A DNA stretch of 58,909 bases, filler included, from Platydemus manokwari (GCA_037951405.1; 6 parts of 6 records of this genome joined end to end with filler, not necessarily neighbours in it), one strand, 5' to 3'. Positions 12,649-27,522 are shown, counted from the first letter of the whole stretch. Notes: a model not told the origin generated them from the sequence alone. A program made the numbers and translations.

Positions 12649-13632
12649 AAATTTTAAATTTTAAATATAAAACTAACATCTACACATCAAACCGTGAACC
12701 TAATAGAGAGTCAAAGTCATATATAAAAGGTAACTTGAATTCGCGGTAAGTAGCACACTAAATAATGCTATTATCATGTTTATAATTATTATTATCATTA
12801 TTAATTTCACTTTTAATATTTATATTAACATTAATATTATTTTCGTTATCAATTATATTATTACCAATATTATATATAGTAATTGTAGTTATTATTTATT
12901 CATAATATTCTTGCAACCTATAAATTGGCTTTCGTAGTCTTCCAGATAAGACCTAGTTTCAATAGTATCTTGTTTAAATTTATAATTCTAGCTTTGAAAT
13001 AGTGAAGCAACAATATTCACAATAAAGATCTATTTCATACACATATTGTCAAAATTCAAAATAACATCAATGAAATACAGAATATACAAATATCATTGGA
13101 AAGCTATTAAGAACAAAAGAATAATATTTACACTGAAAAATTCAAATATATTGTCCACTACTAGGATTATCAGTATCAATAAATACAGAATTCGAGAATA
13201 TTAATTGGGAATTATGTACAATTTTTATTTATAAAAGAACCAGATAATAATTAATTAAATCCCTGAAATTATGGAACCAATAATTTATGGACACTATGAA
13301 TTATTAGATATTAATTTATTACGTTAGAATTTTTTTTCAAAAATTATAATTTAGAGTATTAATTTTTGTTTATAAAATACAAACATGTAAAATAATTTGA
13401 ATTGAAATGTTATATTTTATTTTTAATAATTGTTATATAATGATTAATTTTTATATTTTAATATTTTCAAAAATTTTAACAATATTTTTTCAAAATTTAG
13501 ATTAAAAGTTTACTATTAAAGTTCTCTCCATATTTAGCTCGTAAGAATGTGTTAACAATTTGATCTACATTGTTGGTGTTTTCCATTGTAGAAGCTAAAG
13601 ATATAAAGAGACAATGTGTTCAGATATGTAAT

Positions 13633-14801
13633 ATGAGATCTGTTAGGTTGAGTGCTGTTGTTGGTGGTGGAACAATGTGTTGTTATTTCATGATCAGAAC
13701 CGATAATGACTTTATAGTTGATGAATTTCCAAAAACTTTACCAGTAAATTATTTCATTTTGAAATGATATCGTGTTGATCTGATACATTTCTGAAGGTCA
13801 CATTGTACAGAATCCTACCTTTGTGTTGGATATCGAGGATGTGTGGATATCTATCAGAAGTGGAGATTCCAGTTCCTCTCCGAGGTCTCATTTTGGGTAA
13901 TTATGTTCGATTAACCGGTTGTGATCTTTCCGAGGCTAAATTGAGCAATGTTCAAGATTATAAGTCATTATCCGACCTATTTCAACGCCAATTAAAATGG
14001 GACAGTCGTTCAATTGACAGATATGCTGATCTAGTGGGTTTCGTTCTATGAATATAGATGATGTTGAAATTGATTTTACAGATTAGCCCATGCGATGGAA
14101 AAGTTCTTCATGTTGGTGAGGCAAGAAATGGAATCATCGAGCAAGTTAAAGGGGTCAGATTTTCGATTACAGGCTTCCTAGGTAAAGATTTTGATTTCTG
14201 GGAAAGCGCCATCAAAGACCAGAAACCGAAGAACACAACAAAAGCACAACCAAAATCTCTGTTTTACTGCACAATCTATCTTGCTCCTGGCGATTATCAT
14301 CGATTTCATGCGCCGACTGATTGCGAATTGTCTTATCGTCGATATTTCACTGGCAAATTACTGTCGGTGAGTCCACGATTGGCCAAGATTATTCCAGGCT
14401 TGTTCTCGGTGAATGAACGCGTTGCCTACTTTGGCAATTGGAAACACGGATTCTTCACGTTCACTGCGGTCGGAGCGACAAATGTTGGCAATATTCGTGT
14501 TTTCGCGGATACTTCGTTGCCCCAGAACAAGGATGGGCAGAAACTTGATTTGATTGGCAGAAGAAAGGAAGGAGAAGCACTGCGAACCCCTAAAGACCAG
14601 CCTGTGACCTGGGAGAAGAAACTCGCACCCGCTATTAAATTGAGTCGAGGGCAGCTGTTTGGTAAATTTAATCTGGGCTCGACGATTGTACTGATTTTTG
14701 AGGCACCGTGGGAATTTAAATTTAATATCAAGACTGGTGACACCGTTCGAATGGGTTCACCTTTGGGTTCGGCGGTAGTTGAAGAGCATTTAGATAAATA
14801 G
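13633..14801 (+). CDS. PISD: Phosphatidylserine decarboxylase proenzyme (mitochondrial type); exons 13633-13743, 13797-14033, 14082-14801; an in-frame upstream exon 13501-13540 may extend the N-terminus
   Basis: Motifs VTLYRILP..ISR, ISPCDGKVL, EQVKG, IYLAPGDYHRFHAP, NERV...G.WKHGFF, VGATNVGNI and the autocleavage site GKFNLGSTIVLIFE. GT-AG introns of 53 and 48 nt keep the frame; AATAAA at 14831. Confidence 0.96.
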
Positions 14802-14852
14802 TTAGGATAATTTGATGATATCGATTACTCAATAAAATTGTTTTGTTGAGTC

Positions 14853-14915
14853 TTTTGATTGGTTGATTTTGATTAGTCGATTTTGATTGGTTGATTTTAT
14901 TTAGTCATTTGATTC
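14853..14915. repeat. Short imperfect ~14-nt tandem repeat (ttttgattggttga / ttttgattagtcga)
   Basis: About four alternating units directly after the PISD poly(A) signal. Confidence 0.7.
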
Positions 14916-17900
14916 TATTTTTGCTGATCAATTTCTTAATCGTTTAATTGCTCATTAATATTTTTAATTCATTGTTATCAGTTACTTTCTAAATCACACC
15001 TATTTAACTTTAAAATTTTTTAAAAAACAAGTCATACAAAATTGTACTCAATTTTGTATGAAATGTTCCAAGTGTTTTGATAATGAGATTTCGTGGTACA
15101 AGATTATAAAAATGATTCTCACATCCCGAGTTTTGTTATCAGTTATCCAACAACAATAAAAACGTGAATATGTTAACAAAAGACAACTTTGCATTTATTT
15201 CGAAATGATTTCTTCTGATAAATACCGGCGTGTGTTATTGTTTTGTTGGGGCTTTGGGCTTATTTCAGTTATATCAAAACAACGTATTTCATAATCAACT
15301 ACTTTATCAGCAGTACAAATTTCATGACCACCTTTTATATGGTTTTTATCCTTCTAAGCGTTCGACTATAATAGGTATAATCGTTGCGAACTATTAACCA
15401 TCAACGTTATAAAGACTAAAGCACTTATTGATATTTAAAGCAAAAACCGATAAAGAACATTAGATTCAACTAATTATAAGGTAGTTGGAATGGTTTTTGA
15501 GGTCTCCCGTGTCTATCATTTTCCACATCGTTTGGCTCCTCTTCACTATATCTTATTAATATTACAGAATATTTAATGTGCTTTCTCTCCGTTATTGTTT
15601 CTCAATTGCTCGTATTTGATTTTCTGCATGAACTAGTTTTCCTTGTTGGTCCAATTTTTCCTTGTGTGTGCCTTCTATTAAAAGGGATTTAGAAGCCCGT
15701 CATTAACATATTGATTAGGAAATGAAATATATAAAATACAGAGTGTCAAAACTAAACAGAGACACAGAAAGTATAAACACAAGATAACAATTGAATATCA
15801 TAATTGTATATTATTGACTTTGGGTTAGGATTGACGGTTTGTTGATCATTAGTGCAAGGGCTTGGCCACATTGTGATATTAATTATCGTACCAATTCAAT
15901 GTGTGGTTTGCCTTTCGGAGTCTTTGATTGGGCGATATCATTTTCCAACGATTTCTCTGATCGATTGTTGTTGGTATTAATTTCAAAATTAATGAATAAA
16001 ATTGGTGATTAAAATAAGAAATTTTAAGTTAATGTTAATGGTAAAATATAATAACAAAACTATTAATCTATCTCGATTTCAAGCTGGAATGATTTTGTCA
16101 TGTTGGTCACGACAGTTTCTTGAATATGTTTGATTTACTAAAATATTTCAATCAAGTGCTTTCTTCCGAATTAGATTTTACAAACAATTTCATTACAAGC
16201 ACATTACGTCATCGCAAATAATAATGCTTTAAAATCATATTATTGAAATTACATCATTAATGTTTTTATGAAAATAAGTACAAATAAGAAGTACAAAGCC
16301 CATGAGATCATTACATGTGATACACACCAACTCTAATACAAATCTTGAAAGGAATTCCAATACAATAGAATAATCACCATGAATCCCGACTGTAGTCCAC
16401 AAATTGCATTATAAACAATAGTTCACAATCTATAATAATCAGTACAATAACAAGTGGTTCACTTCAACTAAGTCAGACGTTGCAACGAATTTAACAACCA
16501 ATTAAAGTTAAACCAATAAACATTGTTTAATACCAAGCCTTCATCTGGAAAATCATTAATAGTGTACTCTTTCACAAAAATACAGACAGGTCGAGCACAA
16601 TAACGTGGATATCAATTCGATACCTACCTACGACAAAAAAACAAAACATCTACTAGCGCCATATATATATTTTTTCTTTCATTATAGGTTTACCTCACCT
16701 GTAATATCCAACTGAATTTGATTATAAAATCAAGAGTTAAATCACATAAAATATAAACCAATCACAAAATATTTACACATTTAGAGCAAAAAATATCTCC
16801 AATAATGTATAGCATTAACTTTTAAATAAACCACGCTGATCGTTTAACATTAAAAACGAAATTTATTTAGTATTCATCGTGTGACTATCGATGGAAAAAA
16901 TGTAGGTCAAGTACTTTAAACAGGACTAATAACTATTAAAATCGATTACAAAGCAACATCTAGACAAATTATTTAATAATACCGCTATGAGTCTCAAATA
17001 ATGACCGATTTCAATGCACATGTGAAATACAACCTTTATGTAACTCATGTGTTTCCCTGTTGAACTATTAGGACAAAACCAAACACTCTGAAAATATTGA
17101 TTACTACCCTGAATCATTAAATATGCAAACAGATAATTTGAAAAATGTCAGTCTTCATATAAGTTTAAATTTGAAATATTTTAATTTTGTAGCTTTAGTG
17201 GTTGAAATATTAAATTTTTATAAGTAACAATAACTTAGAAAACGAATCAAATCTATATAAAAATTTTAATGTGATATGCTACTTACAATTATCAATATTA
17301 TATGCATGATTAAGAAATGTCGAACATATAATTTCTAGATTTAAATTTCAGACTGCAAATTCGTTGTAAATTTTTATCACACAATTTATAAAAATAAATT
17401 TAGATTATTTACAATCACTGACAAGATTTTCTGCCAACTACCCAGTGTGGTAATAATTGTTATGGCAACTATCTTTAATCAAATCCAAAGCAATGAAATA
17501 GGATATCAATCAGAACTTGAATTTATTGTTGCCATTAACATTCGACAAGGCTTGTAAAATAATTCGATTCTCGGGAAATATGAATATTTGAATGAATAAT
17601 CTTGAAAAATGAGAAGAAGCATGAGTTTTTGAAATTGGAGTTGTTCAATATTGAATGGCACAGTAAAATATGTTAATAAGAAACCATATAAAAATTCATA
17701 AAATAAGATTTAACCTTCGCATGTACCCCGGATTGACTGCCATACAATGCTTAAATCTTTGTTTTATGAAATCTTTGATCTAATTACAGTTGGACAGCTA
17801 TTTACCTAGCACTCTATAAATAATTTTAACAACGCTGGCTATAGCCGACTTTAACGAGAATTACAAAAAAATCTGTAATTGAATTTCAGATTTTTGTATT

Positions 17901-18243
17901 TTGTTTATTTAATATTTATTTAATTCGTAATTTATAAAGATCAATTATCCCTTGGTTTGTACTGATATATTTCCAAACTTTTTAGGTTTTAGATTAATCT
18001 TATATTCCACAAATAGGAATTATATATGTTTCGTTAAGCAGACCTATATGAAGTGTTACTTCAAGACTTTTTGTATGTATTTTTGTTAAGATATGATTTA
18101 ATTTATCAGACACTTAAAACACTTTCATTTAAAAACTTCAACTGCTATTACATCAGGGACTGCAATCTGAAACTGAGGATGATTTTTAAATAACCCTGGG
18201 AACGCAGCTGCTAAACCATAAAAATTGCAAAGGCTCCGACTTA

Positions 18244-18316
18244 TTGGGTCTATAACTTAATAACCGGAATTTGACACCAGATGTAAACACTTGTGTGTGT
18301 GCTGTAGCAAATCATT
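18244..18316 (+). mobile_element. Terminus of a young mariner-like element or MITE, cut by the contig end
   Basis: TA followed by TTGGGTCTATAACTTAATAACCGGAATTT...; 72 nt match 36286-36357 with one mismatch while the upstream flanks differ. Confidence 0.7.
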
Positions 18317-18416
18317 NNNNNNNNNNNNNNNNNNNNNNNNNNNNNNNNNNNNNNNNNNNNTTAATTAATTAANNNNNNNNNNNNNNNNNNNNNNNNNNNN
18401 NNNNNNNNNNNNNNNN
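18317..18416. other. Artificial contig spacer
   Basis: N44-TTAATTAATTAA-N44. Confidence 0.98.
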
Positions 18417-18845
18417 TAAACTGTCTTTATTTTCAGATCACTACTTCTGGGTCTGGTGCAACACTGAATTTCGCAGGAAGCGACCTTCACAAGAAGTCTG
18501 TCTGTGAGTGGAATACTTGTCGCACGTGTGTCTTACTTCTTCTTCTTCAGCCCGTACAGAATACGATAATGAGTTTACATAATTACATCAAAGGCATGGT
18601 ATACAGGTGGTCTAGATTCAACAGTAAATAGTGAACTGAGAACATGGCCAAGAACAACGAGACTTCATGCAGATGGAGCATTCATATACGCAACATTAAA
18701 TAGTAGAATGGGACAGGACTAAGGACATCGGGATTTCATGCAGACTGGATATTAATATGCACAAAAGTTATAGTAGATTATCATCAGGGCTTGAGTATTT
18801 TTGGTTGTCAAATAGGCTGTCTGAGCAATAGCAATAGAATTCTCA

Positions 18846-19140
18846 CTGACCTGTAGACATCCAGGTCCACAATCCAGTTTATCATATCCCATGTGGACCA
18901 TTTTGGTTTTGGTTTCATTGGTGCGGTTGGGTTTCTAAATTCATTTTGGGATGTTTGGGCTGTGGCCGATAGGATCAGTGATGTGGGCTTTGATGTGGAT
19001 TTGTTTTTCTCTGTTGTTGCTTGCAGGTGTTTTCTCCGGCTGTTTTGCTCTTCCATTAACCAGATGAGCTGATGGTAATGGGAGATTTTTCTTCGCTTTT
19101 CTCACTGTCTGAGTAGATCATTAACCGGTTAACGGTTTCT
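18846..19140 (-). repeat. Orphan interspersed repeat, copy 2 (homologous to 12375-12648); overlaps ORF 18808-19056
   Basis: DNA blocks tagacatcca, tccagttt, gcggt.gg.ttt.taaa.tcatttt and atgagctg.tg.taat are shared and colinear; peptide similarity as listed for copy 1. Confidence 0.7.
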
Positions 19141-21799
19141 CCATATTTCTCCACATATCACAGGACTTTATAAAACAAAAAGCAGCACAAGTAAAAAAAT
19201 GAACACAAACAATTGCTTACAATACTCAACACGTTGCGAAAGCGAGTAGTTAAAAATCCAAAGCGGACGTAGAAGTCAAGCTTTAAAAAGGAATTAATTT
19301 CGACATGGACATGTAATTAAATTTTGATATTAAATTAAAGATTGTCAATGAAATGATATATGAATTAGATAATAAAAATATCTTTAATCCGCTCAAATAA
19401 ATTTCGGGTAAAAATTCTCGTCGATAATCCGTTCAAATATCAATAAACAAATACTGTTCCCGATTCGTAATATGATGATTTAAAATTATTTTCTTGTTTG
19501 GTGAATTAATCGTAATTGTTATGCTCTAGTGATGATTACCAAATCTTGTCTTTCCAAGTTGTGCTCTGGTATTTGATGGCTTATACTTCTCATTTCAGGA
19601 CCACATGATAATTTCGTGTATTTTTTTAGAATGGTTACTAATAATTTTACATTCTCTATGTGCTTATTCATGTATTTTGTTAATATGGTCTATTTTCTTA
19701 GTGTAAATTGTGCTATTATTTTTATTAATTATTATATTTATTTTATTTTAATTATTATTATTTGGTCTAAATTTCTTCATCTTTTCCATCTTACATAAAA
19801 ATAAAAATAAATTGATTATAATATCATAATTCTGACAATTATTCATAAAAATAACTCATAGCAATCATTGTTCAAATATTGTTTGTTAATCAAAACATCA
19901 GTTATTTAAAAGTAATTTGTTAATATTTAACCTCTGCTATGCTTATACTGCTCTGCGCTGTCCATAATCAGGGATTTGTGGATTATATTATATTAAATAA
20001 TTGCTGGTTGGGTTAGAGCTTTGTACATATTGTGTGACTGCTGGGTTGGGTTTTGTTTATGTTGTAAAGATATATTTTTGTACATATTATGTAACTGCTG
20101 GTTGGGTGATGCCAACACAACGATAAAATCAATTCGATAAATAAAGCATTATAAATATTGATCATTCATTTATAGTAATCCATTAAAGCTATTGTCATAA
20201 ATTTCATGATATTAAAATTATTAGGATAAGACTGCACAGGATCAAAGTTTGGATTTTTCGACTTTAGCTCTGGTTTCTTTGTTCATATTTTTAATATATT
20301 TTAACAAATACATGCATTATTCGGATTGGATATAATACTAGATTGATTTGTGGACATGTTATCCCCGGATTTGTTGGATTTTAATTTGATAGTGATGGGG
20401 ACTTCGAAATTGAACCCTCGGCACGCGATACGATTTTTGATTATAGGATTTTGATTAGATTGTTGTGTTGTCATTATTAAAGAATTGCTTATTATTACGC
20501 CGGATTAATTGTTGTTATGGGTAGTGAGATTAGAGACTTTTTTCTGCTGTTTTTCTGATTATATTTATATTTATAATTACAAAAAGTGGCTTATTGACAA
20601 AATATCAAAATTATAAAATAAAAATATTTAAGTAAAAAGAAATTGTAATATTTTAAAGCTCAGATTACTTTAAGGGTTATTTTATAATAATTATTATTAC
20701 GATTTTGATAAACCTTAGATGTCATCATAGTCTTGTTCATAATATAATATTGACAAGTATAAAGAATAATATTAATCAATATTTCCACCAATTTTTTTAT
20801 ACAAAACTTGATAAGACAACTCAATAGATGCAACCCATTGTCATCAATAGAAGTTATTAGTGTTCCAAACAAAGATTAAATTCCCGACGCTTAAAATTAA
20901 CAAGTCAGAAATACCTGGTTATAACTATTAAATATGATGATTTTAAATTTTTATTATTATAGTTAGATTAGTTTTTAGGTGAAGGTTGTTTGATTTCTTA
21001 ATTAGCTTTAGTTTTAAACACTAATTCTAGGAGGATTTCGACAACGGGTCTTGACCACGTTATCGGCATTATAACTACTGACTGATATAACATAAAGGTT
21101 CCTAAAACTAACCTCTCTTTTACGAATTTAATAATGATTAGTTTATTTTAATAATGAAATGATTGAGTCTTGATGCAATCTGAAGTTATGATATATATTA
21201 ATGATTACAATCTTACAGCTGTGTTATGTGTCTACAATACTCTTGTTAATTTCCTGTGGGTGTGTGCATGTGGAGGTGTTGCGCTTAACTCTTGATCTGA
21301 CTCCAAAGATCTGTTGCTTTTCGTCAAAGAAATAATATGAATATCAGTTACTATTTATAAATATGAATAACACGATACGTCCTGAAAAATGTATTAACAA
21401 AATATATGATAATTTGAATGACAACCCAATTAGAATGTATTGTATGTAAACAAAGAGCTGGCGAAGTGCTGCGTTACTTTACCAGAGAGACCGATTCACG
21501 ACAAGGGATTAACCGTATAATTAACAAAACTTATGCAAAAACAAAGAGAAAAACGATGATGATTTTGATTGTACCTCGAATGAAGTGAAGTCTCTGATCT
21601 AAATGGTGATTTCGGGGGTTATTCTATATAACAAAGCTTAAATGTGGTTCCGCATTTTGCTTTTTGATACCGTCTTTTCTTCTAAAATAATTCGAGTTAC
21701 GCGTTTTATAAAACATAATTTTCCTTCGACATTGACCGGAAGCTCATTTTTGTACATATGTCATGTTTTATTATTTGTACTTAAATTTCTTTACATTGC

Positions 21800-22372
21800 C
21801 TAGTACTTTGCTTAGAACACAAGCAATTCTCCAATTTGTAGCAAATAACATAAGTTCCATTGCTTTTGGATTTTCAAGCGCTATTATTATCCTATTTCGT
21901 GTGATTTATTTTTTATCTATATAATCCTTTATAATTAGTCTGATATACTTATTTGCTGGATTTTGCTATTGTATCATTTAATAATTGTTGATATCAAGAT
22001 ATTGGGGTTCTCTTTATACTAACCGAGAATTGTTTTTCTTAATCTGAGACGTTCGTTTTAGACATAAACTATTAATAATTTCATTTACGCGTTCTCCTTT
22101 AACTTGAATAAAATTGTTTTTTTTAGGAACGCTAGATTTCAACCCTGTAATTTTAAATTATAAAATAGTACTGATAGCTGTTTGATAACTTATATTTTAC
22201 ATTTACAAAATTGATGGGTTTGCATTTGTCCTGTTAATTCATTAAATATGCCTTCTAATTGTCTTATTTTTACTGAATATTCTTGCATTACTGCTGTATT
22301 ATCCTACAGTTCCTCTAATTAAAATTTAATATCTCATAATATAACCTCTTCTGATAAATTAATTTCCATATG
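21800..22372 (-). pseudogene. Heavily decayed ORF, possibly gag-like
   Basis: Long frame with scattered stops, MEINLSEEVIL*...VMQEYSVKIRQLEGIFNELTG...FIQVKGERVNEIINSL (resembles Q..GESV.E), followed by a Cys-rich remnant ICYK. Confidence 0.25.
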
Positions 22373-25300
22373 TTTTTATTTTTCTAGCTTAGAACGGCAC
22401 TTCAGAATTTTCTACATCTATTTCTAATGTTTTCGGAATTGTTTTAATTAATGAGGTGATTATAATCAAAATAGCACTATATTGATTGTTAAATATTTTA
22501 TTATTAAAGAATTCAAGTAGGTTGCAGCAGAATTCCTTAAACGGGTGCCAACGAATTTAAAAGCTGGGTTGATTTATTATACAATGAATTATAACAAAAG
22601 TTAAAATTAATATTAATGGAACTTAAATGACTTTAGAATTGATTTTATCAAAATTTTGAAAAATTGCCTATGTATGTTAATTTCGAAAAATCAAAATATT
22701 CTGAAAATGTATATATTGGTGGAGAATGTCCATTGCCTTTTGGTTATAATTAGAACATATAAATGCCTTAGTAGTTTTTGGAATAAGTTAATTTATCACA
22801 TTAGTCAATCACAAAATTGATTTTTATTCACAATTTATATTTTTATTCTCTAACTAAAATTTTAGTCAAATGTTTTTCAGTAGCATTAACTCCAAGATGC
22901 TACTTGTAAGTTGTGTCCTGAGTGCACTATGTATTTATTTTACCTTATTTAACCAAAAATTTGCTTATTTATTCTCAATTTTTTATTTTTCATATGCGTT
23001 AGCTGAAATGTTTTTTAATTCATGTTTTTTGATTTATTTTAATACACTAACTTTGTTCCTTTTTGGGGTCAATTGGTATTAAAATTTGTTGTCTAATTGA
23101 TATTTTTTTTCTTAACACTATACGATTTATATCAGTCTCTTGAGTTCTAATGATCTACGGGTAGTAATTATCTTTATGTTTTCGATCTTTCTGAGGACAC
23201 GATATAAGGTGTTTGATAATGTATTAATTAGAAACCTTTGATTTAATCTTACTTGTCAGTAACCGGTTAATATTCCCTAAACTTCTCATACTGTAATTGT
23301 ATCTAAATTCACTATAAGCTTAATCGTTGATTTATCAGTCCTTTTATTATTGAACCTCCCATTTATCAAAAGGTAGTTTAGATATGGATGAATGAATTCC
23401 ACCAATAACCGACTCTTAGTAGTACCGAAGTTTATGTTGAGTGTATTAATTAGGTATATATATATTCATAATACTCAATATCAATTAAATTTATTTATAA
23501 TTAGATATCACAACAAAATTAATTATAATTGTGTGATGTAGTGAATGTTTATGTGGTTCTGTAATACCTTAAATATGTAATGCCACTAAATTCTAGCATG
23601 AAAAGGTCTTAGGGGGAATAAGTTAGAAAGAAGTCAAATGTTTGTTTAGAACTTTGACAAGGATAATAATTTCCTATTCGGAATTATTATGCTATTAATT
23701 ACAAAACGAACAAAATATATTCATTGGTTTAATTAATTTTTGTCTAAATTTTCTGTAAAATCTCTTACTATTTATTGTATTCAATTTTTTATACTTTTCT
23801 CATGTTTTCCTATTTCTTCGTATCTGCACTGTGATTGGCTGTTATTATTTTAGCGTTGTATTTATTTTCATTTATTATATATTATTACTTATGTTTTGAA
23901 TAACAATAACAACTTATTTATGTTTTGAATGACACTATTTCATATTATTTAACATTGCATTTTTCTAATTAATTTATTACTTCAATTTTAATTTATGGTT
24001 TATTTAATAATTACAGGTCCTTATCAGCAACAACTGTTATGTTTGTGTTTAACTTCTTTAATCAGTTCAAAATTTTCTCAATAATTGACCATTGGTCAGT
24101 TTAATTAGCTTGTCATCAACAATTAATTTGTTGATAGTACTATAATGTTTAAATACATTAATCAAATTTCGAATAGGCTTTGACAATAATTATTGATGTA
24201 ATGATTATTGTCTGAATTTTACGAATGTTAATGGTTATTTTATAATAATAATAATAATTATTATTGGCATTTATTGGCGCTATCCGTGTCTTATTAGTTC
24301 TCAGGAGTTCTTATGACCTACTGGTAGTAATAAACCTTATTTTTTGTTTTTTCACTTCGATCGCTTCAAATGATCGCATGAAGACGAGATAAGCGGTACT
24401 GGACAATGCGTTAATTAAAAGTCGGTAATTTAAACCTAAGTCTTAAATTATTAATTATTTCGACAGTGATTACATAAAACCTAAGTTTTCACTCTATTTT
24501 TGGTTAATTATCTTCACTATTTTCGTCAAAAAACAGTTTTCTCTTATCAAAAGGTGATCAAATGATTTTGGATATGATGTTATTTATGTATCGTTCATAA
24601 TTCTAAAACAATTTTTATTGTTGTAAACACGTTTATTGATATAAAATTACAATTATAACAATTAATACCAAGATGATTTGGGATAGCAATATACACCAAA
24701 ACGTTAGATTGTTTAACCTACAAATTTCTGGAAGACAGTGGTTAATATTTTTCACAGGATAGTAAGACCGACATTCAAGGAATTTGAGTGCAACTCGATA
24801 AATAGGAAGAATATGTGATTAAAATTGTATATAACAATATAATTTTATATGAAAATATCTTAGGTGTAAATTTATGGCGTCTTCATAGAAAATCAAAAAT
24901 ATTTGATTTCAGTATGTGTACTGCGCACATACTTCTCGAGTAATCCATATTTCTATTGTTAATGGAAAATGATATTTTGTCAATATGCGGATATACTTGG
25001 GTTTATAATTATTTCTTTTTTAATTATATGAATATTTATTTATTTAAACTGTTATTAAAAATTCTTAAAATTAAAAATTAAATTTTATTAGATTTCAAAC
25101 TAACAAATTGACATTGAAAATTATGATTCATAAATTTTCTTGGTTTAGTTTATTTTTTAGTTATTTCTACAACAATAAATTAAATTATTATAAATAATAA
25201 TAATATTTTTTGTTATACAAATTGGGATGATTATTCGCATCAAAAATATTCAAATCATTTTTTTAAAAGAATGGAATTATACATGCTCAAAAAGAGTCAT

Positions 25301-27422
25301 AAAGAGTAAAATCACTAAAGTTTAAAGGGATAAAGTAAAGTCATTAATGTCAATTGTAATAGATTGGCACTCGTTAAATTGGAAATTGGGATTGGGTCTT
25401 TAAGCTTCAAAATATAAAATTACAATTTAAATTCGAAGACTTTATCAACAATACCAAAATAATATTAATAAATTCCGAAAAAGAGTAAAATCAGTTACAT
25501 GCACTGCTATGTAAATTGGAAGAATATGCGTTTTTTTTTAAATAGATTCATATTGATTTGATAAAATTGTATATTTTTGGTTTTGGCTGTCCTAGCAATC
25601 AATTTCGATGCTGGATTGAATAATGGCAACCTCCAATATCAAAATGGATAAATAAGGTTTCACTGATTTGTTAGAAATCTTTTTAAGGATCTTGGGTGTT
25701 TAATTTACTAACTTGGGATCGAAGTTGGTTTCTGTGATGGTTTCAACAAGCGGGCGTTTTAATGACTCTCACTGGTCTCTATATCAATTATATTCGTATG
25801 TTGTTTAATAGTTTAATTGTTATTATCATTCCTTTTTATTATTTGATATAAAATATCCCTCTTGTTTTAGAGTAATAGTTTTTATCTATTTCTTTCTAAA
25901 TGAGATTTATATTTGTTTGCCATATAGGCTTCATATTAACTATAAATATATGCGGGGTTTCAAATTGAAATTAACGGATAATCTTAAAGAAATAAAATGA
26001 CATTTCTCTTTGTCTTCTTTTATAAGTAGCCTTAATTATTTGGCTTTGAATTTTCGATTTTAATTTTCTAAATCGTTAAGGTGATTGATATTCCAAATAA
26101 AATCAATACATCATGTTTTATTTTAATTTAATATTTGTAAATACAACCGATGTCAGCTGATTTATATATAACACTTTAACCATATATTAACCACTTGAAT
26201 CATTCATTAAGATATTTCGTGGCATTTCCAAATACAATAATTATTATAATAGTATTTTCAGAAGTCGTTTTCCAAGTATAAAAATATATTGCAAAGATAT
26301 TCATACACTGTTATCAATTTGGATTTTGCACTTAACCATTATATATTTCATAACACATTCAAATGCATTTACACTTATTAAAAAATTATAATATTAAATG
26401 CTTATGCACAAGGGACTTTTGACTGTTTCTCCATAACCTCCACAACTTATTTGATTTATTTTTCTTCATAGTCTACTACAAGTTATTGGTTATTGATCTC
26501 ACGATAACTCCTAATGTCATGTATTCATGTTTTATTCAATTTTATTATCTCATAATACCATGTATTTATTTGTTATATAGAATGTTATTTTATTTTATTG
26601 TTATAAAAGTTTACATGTAAACTCGATAAAGTAGAGACATTAATAAATTGGTGTTGTAATAGATGAATATTCATATAAGGTTTGGTGGTGTGCTCTCAGA
26701 ATAATACGCGACGAATAATCAGTAAAGTTTCCGGAAGTTCACATGCAATTATAATGTGAAACAAAATAAATCAGTGATTATGCATACAAATAAATTGATA
26801 GAGATTTTAGTATACTCTTTTGAATTTACTATTTCACAGGTGTGTTCTATTGTTTAGGCACAAAACTGCCATGGATATAGCCTAATACCCGGCACCAATT
26901 ACCTTAAAAATGAAGGAGAGATTTGAGAATTTTCAGTACTTTTTCAGTTGTAGAGGCAGATCGAACAAACCAGTCCTACTAGAGTGACATTAAAATTGAA
27001 TTTACTTAGGGAATGCATCATCAATAAAATTATCGAAATATGAATATCAGAAATCTATAATTGAAGAAATTCTCGAAATAGGACATTCTCTGAAAATTTG
27101 TTTTTTGTAGAAAAGAGTGAAATTGCTATGTTATATTTTTAAAATTCTGTAATAATTTTTTTTGTCAACTGCTTTCATTATTTTTCATTAAATAATGTAA
27201 TTCTGCAATTTTTTAATATAATTATTTTCTTTACTCCGAGCTTTATTTTACAAGAAACAAAATGATCTTTTAAAATAAGATAAGTAATTTAAATTTACAT
27301 AACATCATAGTTATAGAAAAAGGAGTCCTAAGATATTTAAAAAATTATGTTAATAATAAATAGATCATACTAATATTTATAAAAAACAAGGATCTTGCTA
27401 AACAATACTGTAAAACTTTCAG

Positions 27423-27522
27423 NNNNNNNNNNNNNNNNNNNNNNNNNNNNNNNNNNNNNNNNNNNNTTAATTAATTAANNNNNNNNNNNNNNNNNNNNNN
27501 NNNNNNNNNNNNNNNNNNNNNN
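27423..27522. other. Artificial contig spacer
   Basis: N44-TTAATTAATTAA-N44. Confidence 0.98.

Noticed and set aside
14426-14743. Antisense ORFs such as 14426-14743, 1361-1606, 43025-43282, 47579-47958 and 55563-55775
   Set aside because: They are shadow frames of real coding or transposase sequence on the other strand.
17420-17760. Minus-strand YGSQSGVHAKVK resembling the hAT G...GV...LK motif
   Set aside because: A single short motif with no CxxH or TRW support is too weak to call.
18720-18800. CTGATGA (minus strand) as a hammerhead ribozyme core; also near 45826
   Set aside because: I could not form stems I-III with a correctly placed GAAA.
19123-19165. AACCGGTTAACGGTTTCTCC resembles the 5' end of flatworm spliced leaders
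   Set aside because: No terminal ATG/GT donor or Sm site follows, and it lies inside the orphan repeat.
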